From IMG/VR virus record IMGVR_UViG_3300046170_000173: DNA of 64,000 nucleotides; one strand, 5' to 3'. A model generated the notes under the pieces. It was not told the DNA's origin. It was given only the letters and a program-made list of their open reading frames with translations, and ran no database searches. Shown here one piece after another: positions 45,301-54,000 of the stretch. Positions within the stretch are counted from its first letter, which is position 1, and every line of letters begins with the position of its first letter. Made by a program: the position numbers and the translations under genes. The stretch is from a virus.

Positions 45301-47206
45301 TCGTACTTCTACAAGAACGTCAACACGTACTTCGACTCGTACCCGTAGTAGCACTTTCTACTACACAGGTGATTTTGCGAACTCAACAACTTATGTTGGA
45401 GATTTCGTAGGTAACTTCGGTGGCACGTATACTCGTACTCGTACCGGAAACTACACTGGTAACTACGCACGTACTCGCACTGGTAACTACACTGGTAACT
45501 ACTCACGTACTTCGACACGCACACGTTATAGTGCTTACGCAAGAACTCGTGTTGCGACAGGTACTTACACACGTGACCGCGCTGCGACACTATACTACAC
45601 AGGTGACTTTGTAGGTAACTTCGCTGGTGCATACTCACGCACATCTACCCGCACATCAACCAATACTGGTTACTACTCACGCACACTGACTTACGCAGGT
45701 AACTACGTAGGTAACTATGCGACAACGTTCACTGGCGACTTCGTCGGTAACTATGCGCGTAACTTTGCGGGTGATTATGTTGGTAACTTCGTAGGTAACT
45801 ACGCTCGTGGATTTGCTGGTAACTATGTCGGTAACTACGCTCGCACATTCGTGGGTGATTTCGTAGGTAACTTCGTAGGTAACTATGCACGTGCATACGC
45901 TGGTAACTTTGCTGGTGACTTCGTAGGTAACTACGCGCGTACTCGTGTAACTAACTACACCCGTACTCGTAACTCTGCGTACACACGTAATCGCACACAG
46001 AACTTTGCGAACTCTTACGCTCGCACACGTGAAACAAACTATACTGGTTACTACACACGTAACCGTGCATCCGCATACGCTCGTACTCGTTACAGTGCAT
46101 ACGCTCGCACACGTGTAACTAACTACGTCGGTGACTTCACACGCGATTCAACCCGCACATCTACTCGTAACCGTGGTTCTTCATACACACGTGATCGTGT
46201 AACTAACTTCGCTGGTAACTTCGTAGGAAACTACGCAACAACGTTTACCGGAAACTTCGTTGGTAACTACGCACGTGGATATGCAGGCGACTTCGCTGGT
46301 AACTACACTGGTGACTATGCTCGTACTTCAACGCGCACTCGTTACTCCGCATACGCTCGTACTCGTGTATCTGCATACGTCCGCAACCGTGGATCATCAT
46401 ACACCCGTGATCGTGTAACTAACTTTGCTGGTGACTTTGTAGGTAACTACTCTCGCACCTTCTCTGGTCAGTACACACGTCAGTTCGCTGGTGAGTATGT
46501 TGGTGATTACGTAGGAACGTTCGCAGGTAACTACGTTGGTAACTTCAGTCGTAACTTCGGTGGAAACTACGTCGGTAACTATGCACGTGGATTTGCTGGT
46601 AACTACGTAGGAGATTATACTCGTGGATTTGCTGGTGAGTACACTGGTGCTTATTCCGGAACATACTCTCGCGGTTTCGCAGGGAACTACGTAGGTAACT
46701 ACAACCGTGGATTCGTTGGTGAGTACACTGGTACTTACAACACAACGTTTACAGGTAACTACTCACGTGGATTCTCCGGACAGTACACACGCGACTTCGC
46801 TGGTGACTTTACTGGAAACTACGCAAGAACATTTGCTGGTGAGTATACTGGTGCATACGCACGTGACTTCGTAGGTAACTTTGTAGGTAACTACAACCGT
46901 GGATACGTTGGTGAGTACACTGGTACTTACTCACGTGACTTCGTAGGTAACTACTCTCGTGTCCGTGTATCTGCATACGCACGTGTTAGACCATCATCAT
47001 ACAGTGGCGCATACACGCGTGATCGTGTATCAACATACGTAGGTGACTTCACTGGTAACTACACTCGTGACTTCGGTGGTAACTACACTCGTAACTTTGC
47101 TGGTAACTACGCACGTAGCTTCGTCGGTAACTACATTGGTGCAACCATCTCTGACACGCAGACACACGTTACAGATGTTTACACACTATATGTAAGGGTT
47201 GCATAA
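42320..47206 (+). CDS. 1628-aa self-complementary tetrapeptide-repeat protein (putative giant antiparallel beta-hairpin fibre)
   Basis: 267-aa base domain + 630-aa arm + 81-aa tip + 630-aa arm + 20-aa tail; own late promoter and terminator. Confidence 0.85.
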   Translation: MSASSIPLKLQNANGDLQEFTPSDELYLSFAVGQALVAAASNDVGNISLTDGQSIGSFVDSYYNEISGTHPASQITGASVTTTLKQVSGPADESGADFVRPVGYYDVDPNPGFYEMVDGDMDNLAGRVLSNLVQNDYIGTFKLSATQPSADYTKFIDSVFSDTHGNGGAGTVVTNYHIWMRTSMTAVAPVRPVATSYDGSGFNGLREMTDAQIQYTLGQRIKSMRATSGAIGSYQLRSTAQGAPTVPGSWLPVGTAQNTRRTPVDVAYARTRVSSYNRARVSAYTRTRVSSYTRNSVNTFSRTFVGDYTGAYSRDFVGNYSRDFVGNYSRTRPSSYSGTYARTRVSSFARTRLTAFTGYFAGTYSRARVSVYTRNRVTPFTGTFSRNRVSTYTRGRVSSYAGTYSRNRVSSYVADYTRNRVSTYSGTYSGTYSRLRVSAYSGTYSRNRVSSYAGTYTRTRVSTYATDFTRTREENFAGTYTGYYTGVFSRARVSTYTRNRVTGFAGNFIGNYSRNFQGNYSRNFVGNYSRGFAGDYVGNYSRVSTRTSTRTRYSAYARTRITNYVGDFTRDRVTNFAGNFVGNYARTFVGNYGGNFIGNYARDFVGNFVGNYARAYVGNYSRGFVGNYGRNFLGNFVGNYSRNFLGDFTGNYARGFVGDFVGDFVGNYARTSTRTSTRTRYSAYARTRATNYTRNRGSAYARTSTRTRYSAYARTRATNYTRTRGSAYARTRITNYVGDFARTSTRSRPSTFSYARTLYYAGDFVGNYGRTRVTNYTRASAVGVTYTGNYTRNLYYVGNYARGYAGNFVGNYTRNRAFSYVGDYARNRAFSYAGNYTRTRATNYTRNRVVAGNSTRVSTNGAGFVGNFAGNYAGNFAGNFTRSTSSTRTSTRVSTGAGGQVTNAYSGNNWSLTTGWRSDSEGGTNFVTVYINGTLVGGMTGSGTSLTAGGVTYYRAAWRNTNGFVSHYGVTYQSGGASYTGNFTGNFTGTATYTRTSTRTSTRTSTRTRSSTFYYTGDFANSTTYVGDFVGNFGGTYTRTRTGNYTGNYARTRTGNYTGNYSRTSTRTRYSAYARTRVATGTYTRDRAATLYYTGDFVGNFAGAYSRTSTRTSTNTGYYSRTLTYAGNYVGNYATTFTGDFVGNYARNFAGDYVGNFVGNYARGFAGNYVGNYARTFVGDFVGNFVGNYARAYAGNFAGDFVGNYARTRVTNYTRTRNSAYTRNRTQNFANSYARTRETNYTGYYTRNRASAYARTRYSAYARTRVTNYVGDFTRDSTRTSTRNRGSSYTRDRVTNFAGNFVGNYATTFTGNFVGNYARGYAGDFAGNYTGDYARTSTRTRYSAYARTRVSAYVRNRGSSYTRDRVTNFAGDFVGNYSRTFSGQYTRQFAGEYVGDYVGTFAGNYVGNFSRNFGGNYVGNYARGFAGNYVGDYTRGFAGEYTGAYSGTYSRGFAGNYVGNYNRGFVGEYTGTYNTTFTGNYSRGFSGQYTRDFAGDFTGNYARTFAGEYTGAYARDFVGNFVGNYNRGYVGEYTGTYSRDFVGNYSRVRVSAYARVRPSSYSGAYTRDRVSTYVGDFTGNYTRDFGGNYTRNFAGNYARSFVGNYIGATISDTQTHVTDVYTLYVRVA
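43121..45010 (+). repeat. Outgoing arm: 154 tetrapeptides plus 7 dipeptides ([YF]xRx, [YF]xG[ND], RVSx, STRT)
   Basis: Manual parsing of the translation. Confidence 0.9.
45254..47143 (+). repeat. Returning arm: 154 tetrapeptides plus 7 dipeptides, mirror-complementary to 43121-45010
   Basis: Manual parsing of the translation. Confidence 0.9.
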
Positions 47207-47227
47207 ACAACCCTTTTATGTTATAAT
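47199..47227 (+). promoter_or_regulatory. sigma70-type promoter for the 47314-49203 cassette
   Basis: TTGCAT-N17-TATAAT with TGn extension; overlaps the hairpin AAGGGTTG/CAACCCTT (47194-47215). Confidence 0.65.
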
Positions 47228-47243
47228 GATTATCTGAATATAG

Positions 47244-47264
47244 GTGGGTCTTCGGACCCACTTT
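47244..47264 (+). terminator. cUUCGg hairpin (weak terminator or 5' stabiliser)
   Basis: GTGGGTC-TTCG-GACCCAC-TTT. Confidence 0.7.
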
Positions 47265-47313
47265 ATTAGTCATATACATAGATTTGAATTGAACCCTTTT
47301 GGAGAATGAGTAA

Positions 47314-47775
47314 ATGAGTTATAGACGTTGGATGGACAACGCATTCTGGGAAACAGAAGAGAAGAAAGAACTAAACTGTATCCTAGAAATGGAAGATGAT
47401 ATGGGTCGTGTCACCCGTCAACAAATGTTGTTGGCAAGACATGATCGTGATGGAAATACCAACGAATTGTTTTCGGAAGTCGTAGACGCACTTGGTGAAG
47501 AGTTGATTGATAAGGAAACTACCGATCGAGTCGAACGCAAAGCTGCGGAGGCGGAAGAAGAGAAACAACGTGAATTGGAACATCAAAAGGCTAGGAAACT
47601 TGAAAAACTATTCAACTACAAACTAGAAGCGTTTGAGGTTGAGGAGATTAAGAACTCTAAAAACCGGAAGTTAAAGGCAAAATTGCGTCGTGCAAAATCT
47701 AAGATTGAAGTCGATATGTACTCAATTATGATTCTACAAGACCAACTAGAGGCCGAGACAGATGGAAAAGAGTAA
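47314..47775 (+). CDS. Highly charged hypothetical protein (candidate chaperone/adaptor)
   Basis: First gene of the cassette; GGAG upstream; E/K/R-rich helical C-terminal half. Confidence 0.7.
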   Translation: MSYRRWMDNAFWETEEKKELNCILEMEDDMGRVTRQQMLLARHDRDGNTNELFSEVVDALGEELIDKETTDRVERKAAEAEEEKQRELEHQKARKLEKLFNYKLEAFEVEEIKNSKNRKLKAKLRRAKSKIEVDMYSIMILQDQLEAETDGKE

Positions 47776-48499
47776 AGGTTTTATTATTGTTGCGTCTAAG
47801 AAACGCAACTTTTATTTGTACGCAATCAATCTTGCAGAGTCTCTCAGGGACTACTATGAACCGGAAGAGGAATGCAAGATTTGTTTGGTGACTGAGGAAC
47901 GATTCCTTGATGACCGTGGTAGAGATGTCGCAGACGATATTCTCTTATGTGACGATCACTACCGCGCTAAGTTATGGGGTATGGCGAAATCGCCGTATGA
48001 CCTAACGATGTATATTGATGCTGACATGGAAGTAGAGCATGAAGACATCGTCAAAGTATGGGACGAAATGAAAGATCACGATGTGGTCTTCACCGCTTTG
48101 ACAGATGACCGTGACTACATATATGCAGAACGTGACTTTGATACTCCGGAAGGCGTTTCTAAGTTCACACTATGCGGAGCAGTATGTTTATATGATATGT
48201 CTAAACCGATTGTACGTGAGTTCATGGATGATTGGTGGGACTTGACATTCAGACAAATGAATGACACTTGGTGGCCAGACGGGTACGTGGACAGTCTCAA
48301 ATCTTGGGATCAGTTCTCACTCTGGTGGTTGACTGAGAAAGAAGAAAAGTATAAGGATCTCAAGGTTGGTATCTTTGATGACGACTTGAGATGGAACTAC
48401 TACAACGCACTTAATTGGGCAATAACAAAACCAGAAACAGGGCCAGTGATTATACGTCACTTCTCTGCTGGTCTTAATAAGGATACACCAATCGTATGA
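47762..48499 (+). CDS. GT-A fold glycosyltransferase (GT8-like)
   Basis: A..LA.SL, RAKLW.M..SPYD.T.YIDAD (DxD), WDQFSLW, RWNY, I.H. Confidence 0.8.
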   Translation: MEKSKGFIIVASKKRNFYLYAINLAESLRDYYEPEEECKICLVTEERFLDDRGRDVADDILLCDDHYRAKLWGMAKSPYDLTMYIDADMEVEHEDIVKVWDEMKDHDVVFTALTDDRDYIYAERDFDTPEGVSKFTLCGAVCLYDMSKPIVREFMDDWWDLTFRQMNDTWWPDGYVDSLKSWDQFSLWWLTEKEEKYKDLKVGIFDDDLRWNYYNALNWAITKPETGPVIIRHFSAGLNKDTPIV

Positions 48500-49203
48500 C
48501 ACAGTTAAACGACCAATATCTAAAGCACGTCGACGTTAAGAACCCTGAGTTGCTTGCGATTCTGGACAACTACGCTGGACTACCTAAGATTTCTGGATTT
48601 GCAGAGAACTGTCACTGCACGTCTAAGGAACGTATGCGTCAGCGTAACTGGTACGTTGGACCAAAGTACATGCAAGAGATTGTAGATGAGGGAACGCAAC
48701 ACGAAGGTTTCCCAGATGAGATGGTAGGTTATAACTTTAAACTATCAGATCGTGCACACCAAATGTTCGAATCAGATGCAGATCCAATCTTCAAGCGTGA
48801 CATGACGCACATGTTGTCGGATCTAAACGACAAGATGATGAACTTCCTGTCTGTCAAGCACAATGCGCTTGCAGCGGTATACCCACCAGGCGGTTTCATT
48901 GCATGGCACAACAACGCTAACGCCCCAGGCTTCAACCTAATCTTCTCTTATTCGGAGAGTGGTTCAGGTTGGTTCGAGTACATCCATCCGGAAACTAAAG
49001 AAGTTGTCCGTTGCCAAGACAAGCCAGGTCAGTGGACTTGCAAGGCGGCATACTTCGGACACTACGGTGAAGAAGAGAAACTAATGTATCACGCTGCATC
49101 TTCAGAAGATGATTGGCGTGTAACCGTTTCTTATGTCTTCGACTGGTCTGAGACTTCAGAAGAATTCCGTGAGATGGTACTAGAAGACATCGCTTCAGAA
49201 TAA
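48496..49203 (+). CDS. Putative 2OG-Fe(II) / cupin-fold oxygenase
   Basis: YPPGGFIAWHNN (Hx[D/N]), distal YHAA, then R.TVSY, the usual double-stranded beta-helix layout. Confidence 0.6.
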   Translation: MTQLNDQYLKHVDVKNPELLAILDNYAGLPKISGFAENCHCTSKERMRQRNWYVGPKYMQEIVDEGTQHEGFPDEMVGYNFKLSDRAHQMFESDADPIFKRDMTHMLSDLNDKMMNFLSVKHNALAAVYPPGGFIAWHNNANAPGFNLIFSYSESGSGWFEYIHPETKEVVRCQDKPGQWTCKAAYFGHYGEEEKLMYHAASSEDDWRVTVSYVFDWSETSEEFREMVLEDIASE

Positions 49204-49229
49204 AACAAAATATCACGTACCCTAAGCTG

Positions 49230-49237
49230 TATAAATA
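49230..49237 (+). promoter_or_regulatory. T4-type late promoter
   Basis: TATAAATA. Confidence 0.8.
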
Positions 49238-49274
49238 GACACAGAACGTTTATACACTTAGGGTCTTGATGACT

Positions 49275-49625
49275 ATGGCAACTTACGAAGATTTCACAAT
49301 TGATCAAGGTGCGGACCTAGCTCTACAGATAGAGTTAGTGAATCCGGACGGATCTAAGAAAGATCTCACTGGTTACTCCGCTTCTGCAAAGATGAAAAAA
49401 ACTTACAGAAGTGAAGATTCTATAGATTTCACCGCCGTGATTCCTGATCCTTCACCCGAAGGGATCGTCACATTATCCCTTACACATTTACAAACCGATG
49501 CCCTATCCACACGCGGCAGATACGTCTATGATGTTGAAATTAGTTTCGTTGATGAAGACGGACATACTATCATAGAAAGAATACTAGAAGGTAAGATCAA
49601 AGTCAACCCTTCTGTCACAAGGTAA
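49275..49625 (+). CDS. Small virion structural protein (BppU-N-like adaptor)
   Basis: IDQGAD, DLTGYSA.A.MKK, GRYVYDVEI, RILEG...V.P.VT. Confidence 0.75.
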   Translation: MATYEDFTIDQGADLALQIELVNPDGSKKDLTGYSASAKMKKTYRSEDSIDFTAVIPDPSPEGIVTLSLTHLQTDALSTRGRYVYDVEISFVDEDGHTIIERILEGKIKVNPSVTR

Positions 49626-49629
49626 TAAA

Positions 49630-50511
49630 ATGCCAATAAGAAGAGTAGGTGGTATCACAGGGGTAGCGTCAATAAGTGGTTTTGGTTCTGGCACCAAAGT
49701 AAAACGCGTCACTGTAGGAAGACCTATCAGTAATGTCGTACAGAACATCGGTGCAAACATCAAGACGTTTGACGGTCTTGGTGATATTCCCAATATCGAA
49801 GAGTTATTACTGGGCGAGATTGGTATAAATACTCAGGACGGTAAACTCTATATCAAACGTGAGTATGATGGTGGTGTTCAAACCATTGTAGAAATCGGTG
49901 CGGTAGGAGAAGATAGCCTCTCTGCGACAACCACCTTCAATGCATACATTTATACTTCTGACGGAACACTAGAGGTAATAACAGGCGCTGATGATAAGGG
50001 TAATGTGCTACAGTATGACCCAAATCCAAACACGCCGTCAAGAATTCAAGTATATCTCAACGGTGTATTGCTCCATCAAGGAATGGACTACATCGCTGAT
50101 GATGGGGTTTCAATATCCCTAACTCACGTGGTAGATGAAGAACAAGTAGTTCAAATTGCCGCGTATCACTCTACAGGTGTTTCTTTTGGAAACGACCTAA
50201 TCTTAGATGACCACTTTGCCTTTATAGTAGGCACGAATGAAGAAACTAGATTCTATCATAATGGAACAGATACCATCATCAAACACTTAGGGTTTGAGGA
50301 TAGTCGTTTCAAAATTCAGCATCAAAATGATGATAGACTAATTATGGACGCAACGGGTGTCCAGCTAAAGGGAAACTACACCCTAAACGGACAACCTGTC
50401 GCAAACCAAATAGAAGTAGATGCTCTTAATACCCGAATCGATAATCTCGATTCTGACCTACAAGAAGTTACCGAACTACTACAAGAACTACTTCAGTTCC
50501 GACAATCATAA
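49630..50511 (+). CDS. Fibre-associated structural protein
   Basis: L.GEIGINT.DGKLYIK motif, VYLNGVLL...DY module, C-terminal coiled coil. Confidence 0.7.
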   Translation: MPIRRVGGITGVASISGFGSGTKVKRVTVGRPISNVVQNIGANIKTFDGLGDIPNIEELLLGEIGINTQDGKLYIKREYDGGVQTIVEIGAVGEDSLSATTTFNAYIYTSDGTLEVITGADDKGNVLQYDPNPNTPSRIQVYLNGVLLHQGMDYIADDGVSISLTHVVDEEQVVQIAAYHSTGVSFGNDLILDDHFAFIVGTNEETRFYHNGTDTIIKHLGFEDSRFKIQHQNDDRLIMDATGVQLKGNYTLNGQPVANQIEVDALNTRIDNLDSDLQEVTELLQELLQFRQS

Positions 50512-50541
50512 AAATAAAAGTCTGGTTAAACTTGTTTTTGA

Positions 50542-50549
50542 TATAAATA
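50542..50549 (+). promoter_or_regulatory. T4-type late promoter
   Basis: TATAAATA. Confidence 0.8.
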
Positions 50550-50585
50550 AAAACAGTATATTAACCATTCTTAGTACTCCAAGAT

Positions 50586-50945
50586 ATGATCAATAATAAG
50601 TCCTTTAACAGGGTGCTTGCCGAAAGTCTGTTTAATCTGGCCAAGAAGAAGCAGGATGAGGTTTCCTCTACTCCAGGCCAAGAAACAATTTTATTCGAAC
50701 TTATCGAAGGTACCTCATCATCAACCAATGATCGCACTGTCATTCCCGAAGCGCAGGCGTTCATTGCCCCAGGCGACACCGCCTTATTCACATTAAACGG
50801 TACTCCGGCACGTGATGACTTAATTGATGTATGGGTTAACGATGTACTTCAACATCCTGAAGAAGTATATGAAACCGTTGGAGATACTATTCAATTTTAT
50901 GAGATCCCCCCTCAAGGGACGGACATCTACATTAAATTTCGTTAG
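50586..50945 (+). CDS. Small structural protein with V.VN.VLQ.P...Y module
   Basis: Same module as in 49630-50511 and the C-terminus of 51001-56511. Confidence 0.7.
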   Translation: MINNKSFNRVLAESLFNLAKKKQDEVSSTPGQETILFELIEGTSSSTNDRTVIPEAQAFIAPGDTALFTLNGTPARDDLIDVWVNDVLQHPEEVYETVGDTIQFYEIPPQGTDIYIKFR

Positions 50946-51000
50946 TATATTATTAAACGTTTAATAACCAATAACTCTAACCTAACTAGGAGATAACCTA

Positions 51001-54000
51001 ATGGCATTTAGGCAGATTAAATCCCCAGCACTAGCGGACAAGGCGGTAATCGATACCAAACTTGACGAAAGCGCGGTACAGGGACAATCAACCCTTACAG
51101 GTATGACCGATCCATCAACGTGTTTCACACTGTTGTATGATGTAGGTTCAGACTCTCTAAAGAAGATCGGTGCTGATGCATTCTTCGCATCATTCTCGAC
51201 CGACGATCTAACAGAAGGTTCAAATCTATACTACACCTCAGCTCGTGCAAACGCAGATGTCGCACAACAAATCGATGACGACGTTCTAGTCGAAAAGAAT
51301 CGTGCGATTGGTGAAGAAGGTCGTATCGAATCAGAATCTAAGACACGTGACAATAAGCTAGAAGGTCAAGATTCTGCATTAAGCAACCGTATTACAAACG
51401 AAGTAACTCGTGCAGGCAACGAAGAAACTCGCATCGAAGACGAATCTAAGCAACGCGATAGCGCACTTGGTATTCGTATCGACAACGTCCTAAACAACAC
51501 GGACGAAGTTGCTCTTAACTCTCTTGCAGAAATCGTTACTGCGTTCCAGAACGCAGACAGCGCACTTTCTGGTTCTATCATCCAGAACGCTGCTGACATC
51601 GTTACTGAGCGCGGCCGTGCAGTTGCTCGTGAAAATCAGATTGAGACAGAATACCGTCTTGCAGACAGCGCACTAAGCGATCGCATTATCGAACGCAAGA
51701 GCGCAACTGACAGTGACTTTATTCACTTCACTCTTGCTGACGCAGGCCTACAAGGTCAAATCAGCACCAACGATACTGACATCGCGACATTGTTCGCACA
51801 AGACTCTGCTGAAACTCAACGCGCAGGAGACGAAGAAAGTCGTATCGAAGATAAGATCGATGTTGAAGTCGCACGTTCAACAGCAGTTGACTCAGCACAC
51901 AGTGCTCAGATCACCGCTGCTAACCTTGCGCGTGTTACTGACGATAACGTTGTTCGTTCAGAATTTGCTGCTGCTGACCAAGTAATCAAAGGTCAAGTTG
52001 AAGCACGTGACGACGCATTAATTGGCGATCTAACTGTTGATGGTACTTCAGGTAACACTGTAACTGACCGTATCGCAACTGCGAAACAAGAAGCAATCAA
52101 TGCAAGCAACGATGTTGTGGCATTCGAAAATGACGCACGTATTGCTGCTGATAGTGATCTACAAGAACAGATTACGGCAGAAGTTACTCGTGCAACTGCT
52201 ACAGAAGACGCACTAAGCGATCGTATCGACTCAGACTACACTGCTAACTGGGCAGACCATGCTGCAATCCGTTCTGAGTTTGCTGCTGGTGATTCGCACC
52301 TACAAGATCAAATTAACTTCATCACATCCAACACAGACTCTGCGGCACTAGATTCTCTAACAGAGATCGTAGCAGAAGTTGCTCGTGTAGATGGAACGGT
52401 TAATGCATTGATCCAGACTAACGTCGGTGACATCGTAGCAGAACGTGACGCACGTATCGCTGCTGACAGTGCACTAGGTATTCGCATTGACATCGAAACG
52501 TCCACACGTCGTGCAGGTGACTCTGCGGCGAATAAGCGTATCGACGATGCAATCCTAGATTACGTCGCTCGCGATTCAGATGTTCTATCATCTGCAAAAG
52601 CATACACAGATCAAGAAGCAGACACGCACCAAGCTGCGAGTGAAGAGTACACACGTCAGTATGTAACTCCACGCATCGGTGACGCAACTGTTGACGGAAC
52701 TGCTGGTAACTCAATCACAAATCGTATCACTACTGCTAAGTCAGAAGCGATAACATTTGCTCTAGGCCTAGATTCAGACGAACGCGCTCGCGCAACAACT
52801 GCTGAAGGTCTACTAAGTGGTCGCGTTGGTCACGTAGAAGGTCTACTAGACTCAGAGACGTTTGTAACTGTTGCTCAAACAGTTGTCCCAGCGATCAACG
52901 AACTACACGGTGATGCAGTATCATACGATCTACAATCTAAGGATCGCGACAGCGCTCTTGGTTCTCGTATTGACCTACTAGAGAACGGCACTTCAATCGA
53001 CGTTGATGCACTAAACACTCGCATCGGTATCGAAGAAGGCGTTCGTGACCGTGCAGACTCAGATCTACTTGCACGACTAGTCGTAGAAGAGAACCGCTCT
53101 AAGTTAGAAGATCAACAGCACGATTCTGACATCAGCGCACTAGGTCTTACTACTTCAGGTATCCGTGGTGATCTAACGATCGAAACTACAAATCGTATCA
53201 ACGAAGATACCACTCTACGTAACCGTATTGCTGCTGACAGTGATCGCCTAACACTTCTTGATTCAGAAGCTCATGTCCGTATGGATGTAATCTTCGATAC
53301 AAGCGAGTCGAAGGATTCAGATCTACTAGCACGTCTAATCGTAGAAGAAGATCGCTCGAAGGCGAAGGATTCTTCACACGATTCTGACATTTCAGTACTA
53401 TACTCCCAAGTTGGTACAGATGTCCAAGATCTACAAGATCAGATCGACGTAGAAGAAGCTGCTCGTATCGCAGGTGATTCTGCCCTACAGGCACAGATCA
53501 CTTCTAACGACGGTGACATCACTGCACTGCAAGTGAAGGACTCTGACCTACAGGCGCAGATCTCTTCAAACGACGCAGACATCTTCAACCTACAAGCGAA
53601 GGATTCTAACCAGCACGCTACTGCAATGCAGGCGATCGCTGATGAAGAGACTCGTGCAACAGGTATTGAAAATGGTCTACGTTCGGATGTCGACAGTGCT
53701 CACGCACGTATCGATCACATCCTAGACGGTTCTTCAACTGACCTAGATCAGATGCTAGAAATCGTCGAGGCGTTCCGTGACGCAGACTCAGACCTAGATG
53801 GTGTTATCACTAACAACACTGGTCGCATTACTACGCTAGAAGATCGCGCAGACGAAACTGACTCCGAGCAAGGTGTTCAGGATGGTCGACTAACTTCACT
53901 AGAAACACGCATGACTGCGAACGAAGCAGTAGACTCCGGTCAGAGTGTAACTATCGGAGATCACGAGAGTCGCATCACTGCGAACGAAACTCGTATCGGT

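Noticed and set aside
43121-47143. DNA/RNA-level inverted repeat explaining the protein symmetry
   Set aside because: Codons of paired units (e.g. cgc gta tct tca versus ttc gta ggt aac) are not reverse complements.
42320-47206. RiPP precursor with repeated FVGNY cores, or a CRISPR/DGR-like DNA repeat array
   Set aside because: No regular protease sites, no constant repeat-spacer structure and no RT gene. The exact mirror register, late promoter and structural-gene context fit a fibre much better.
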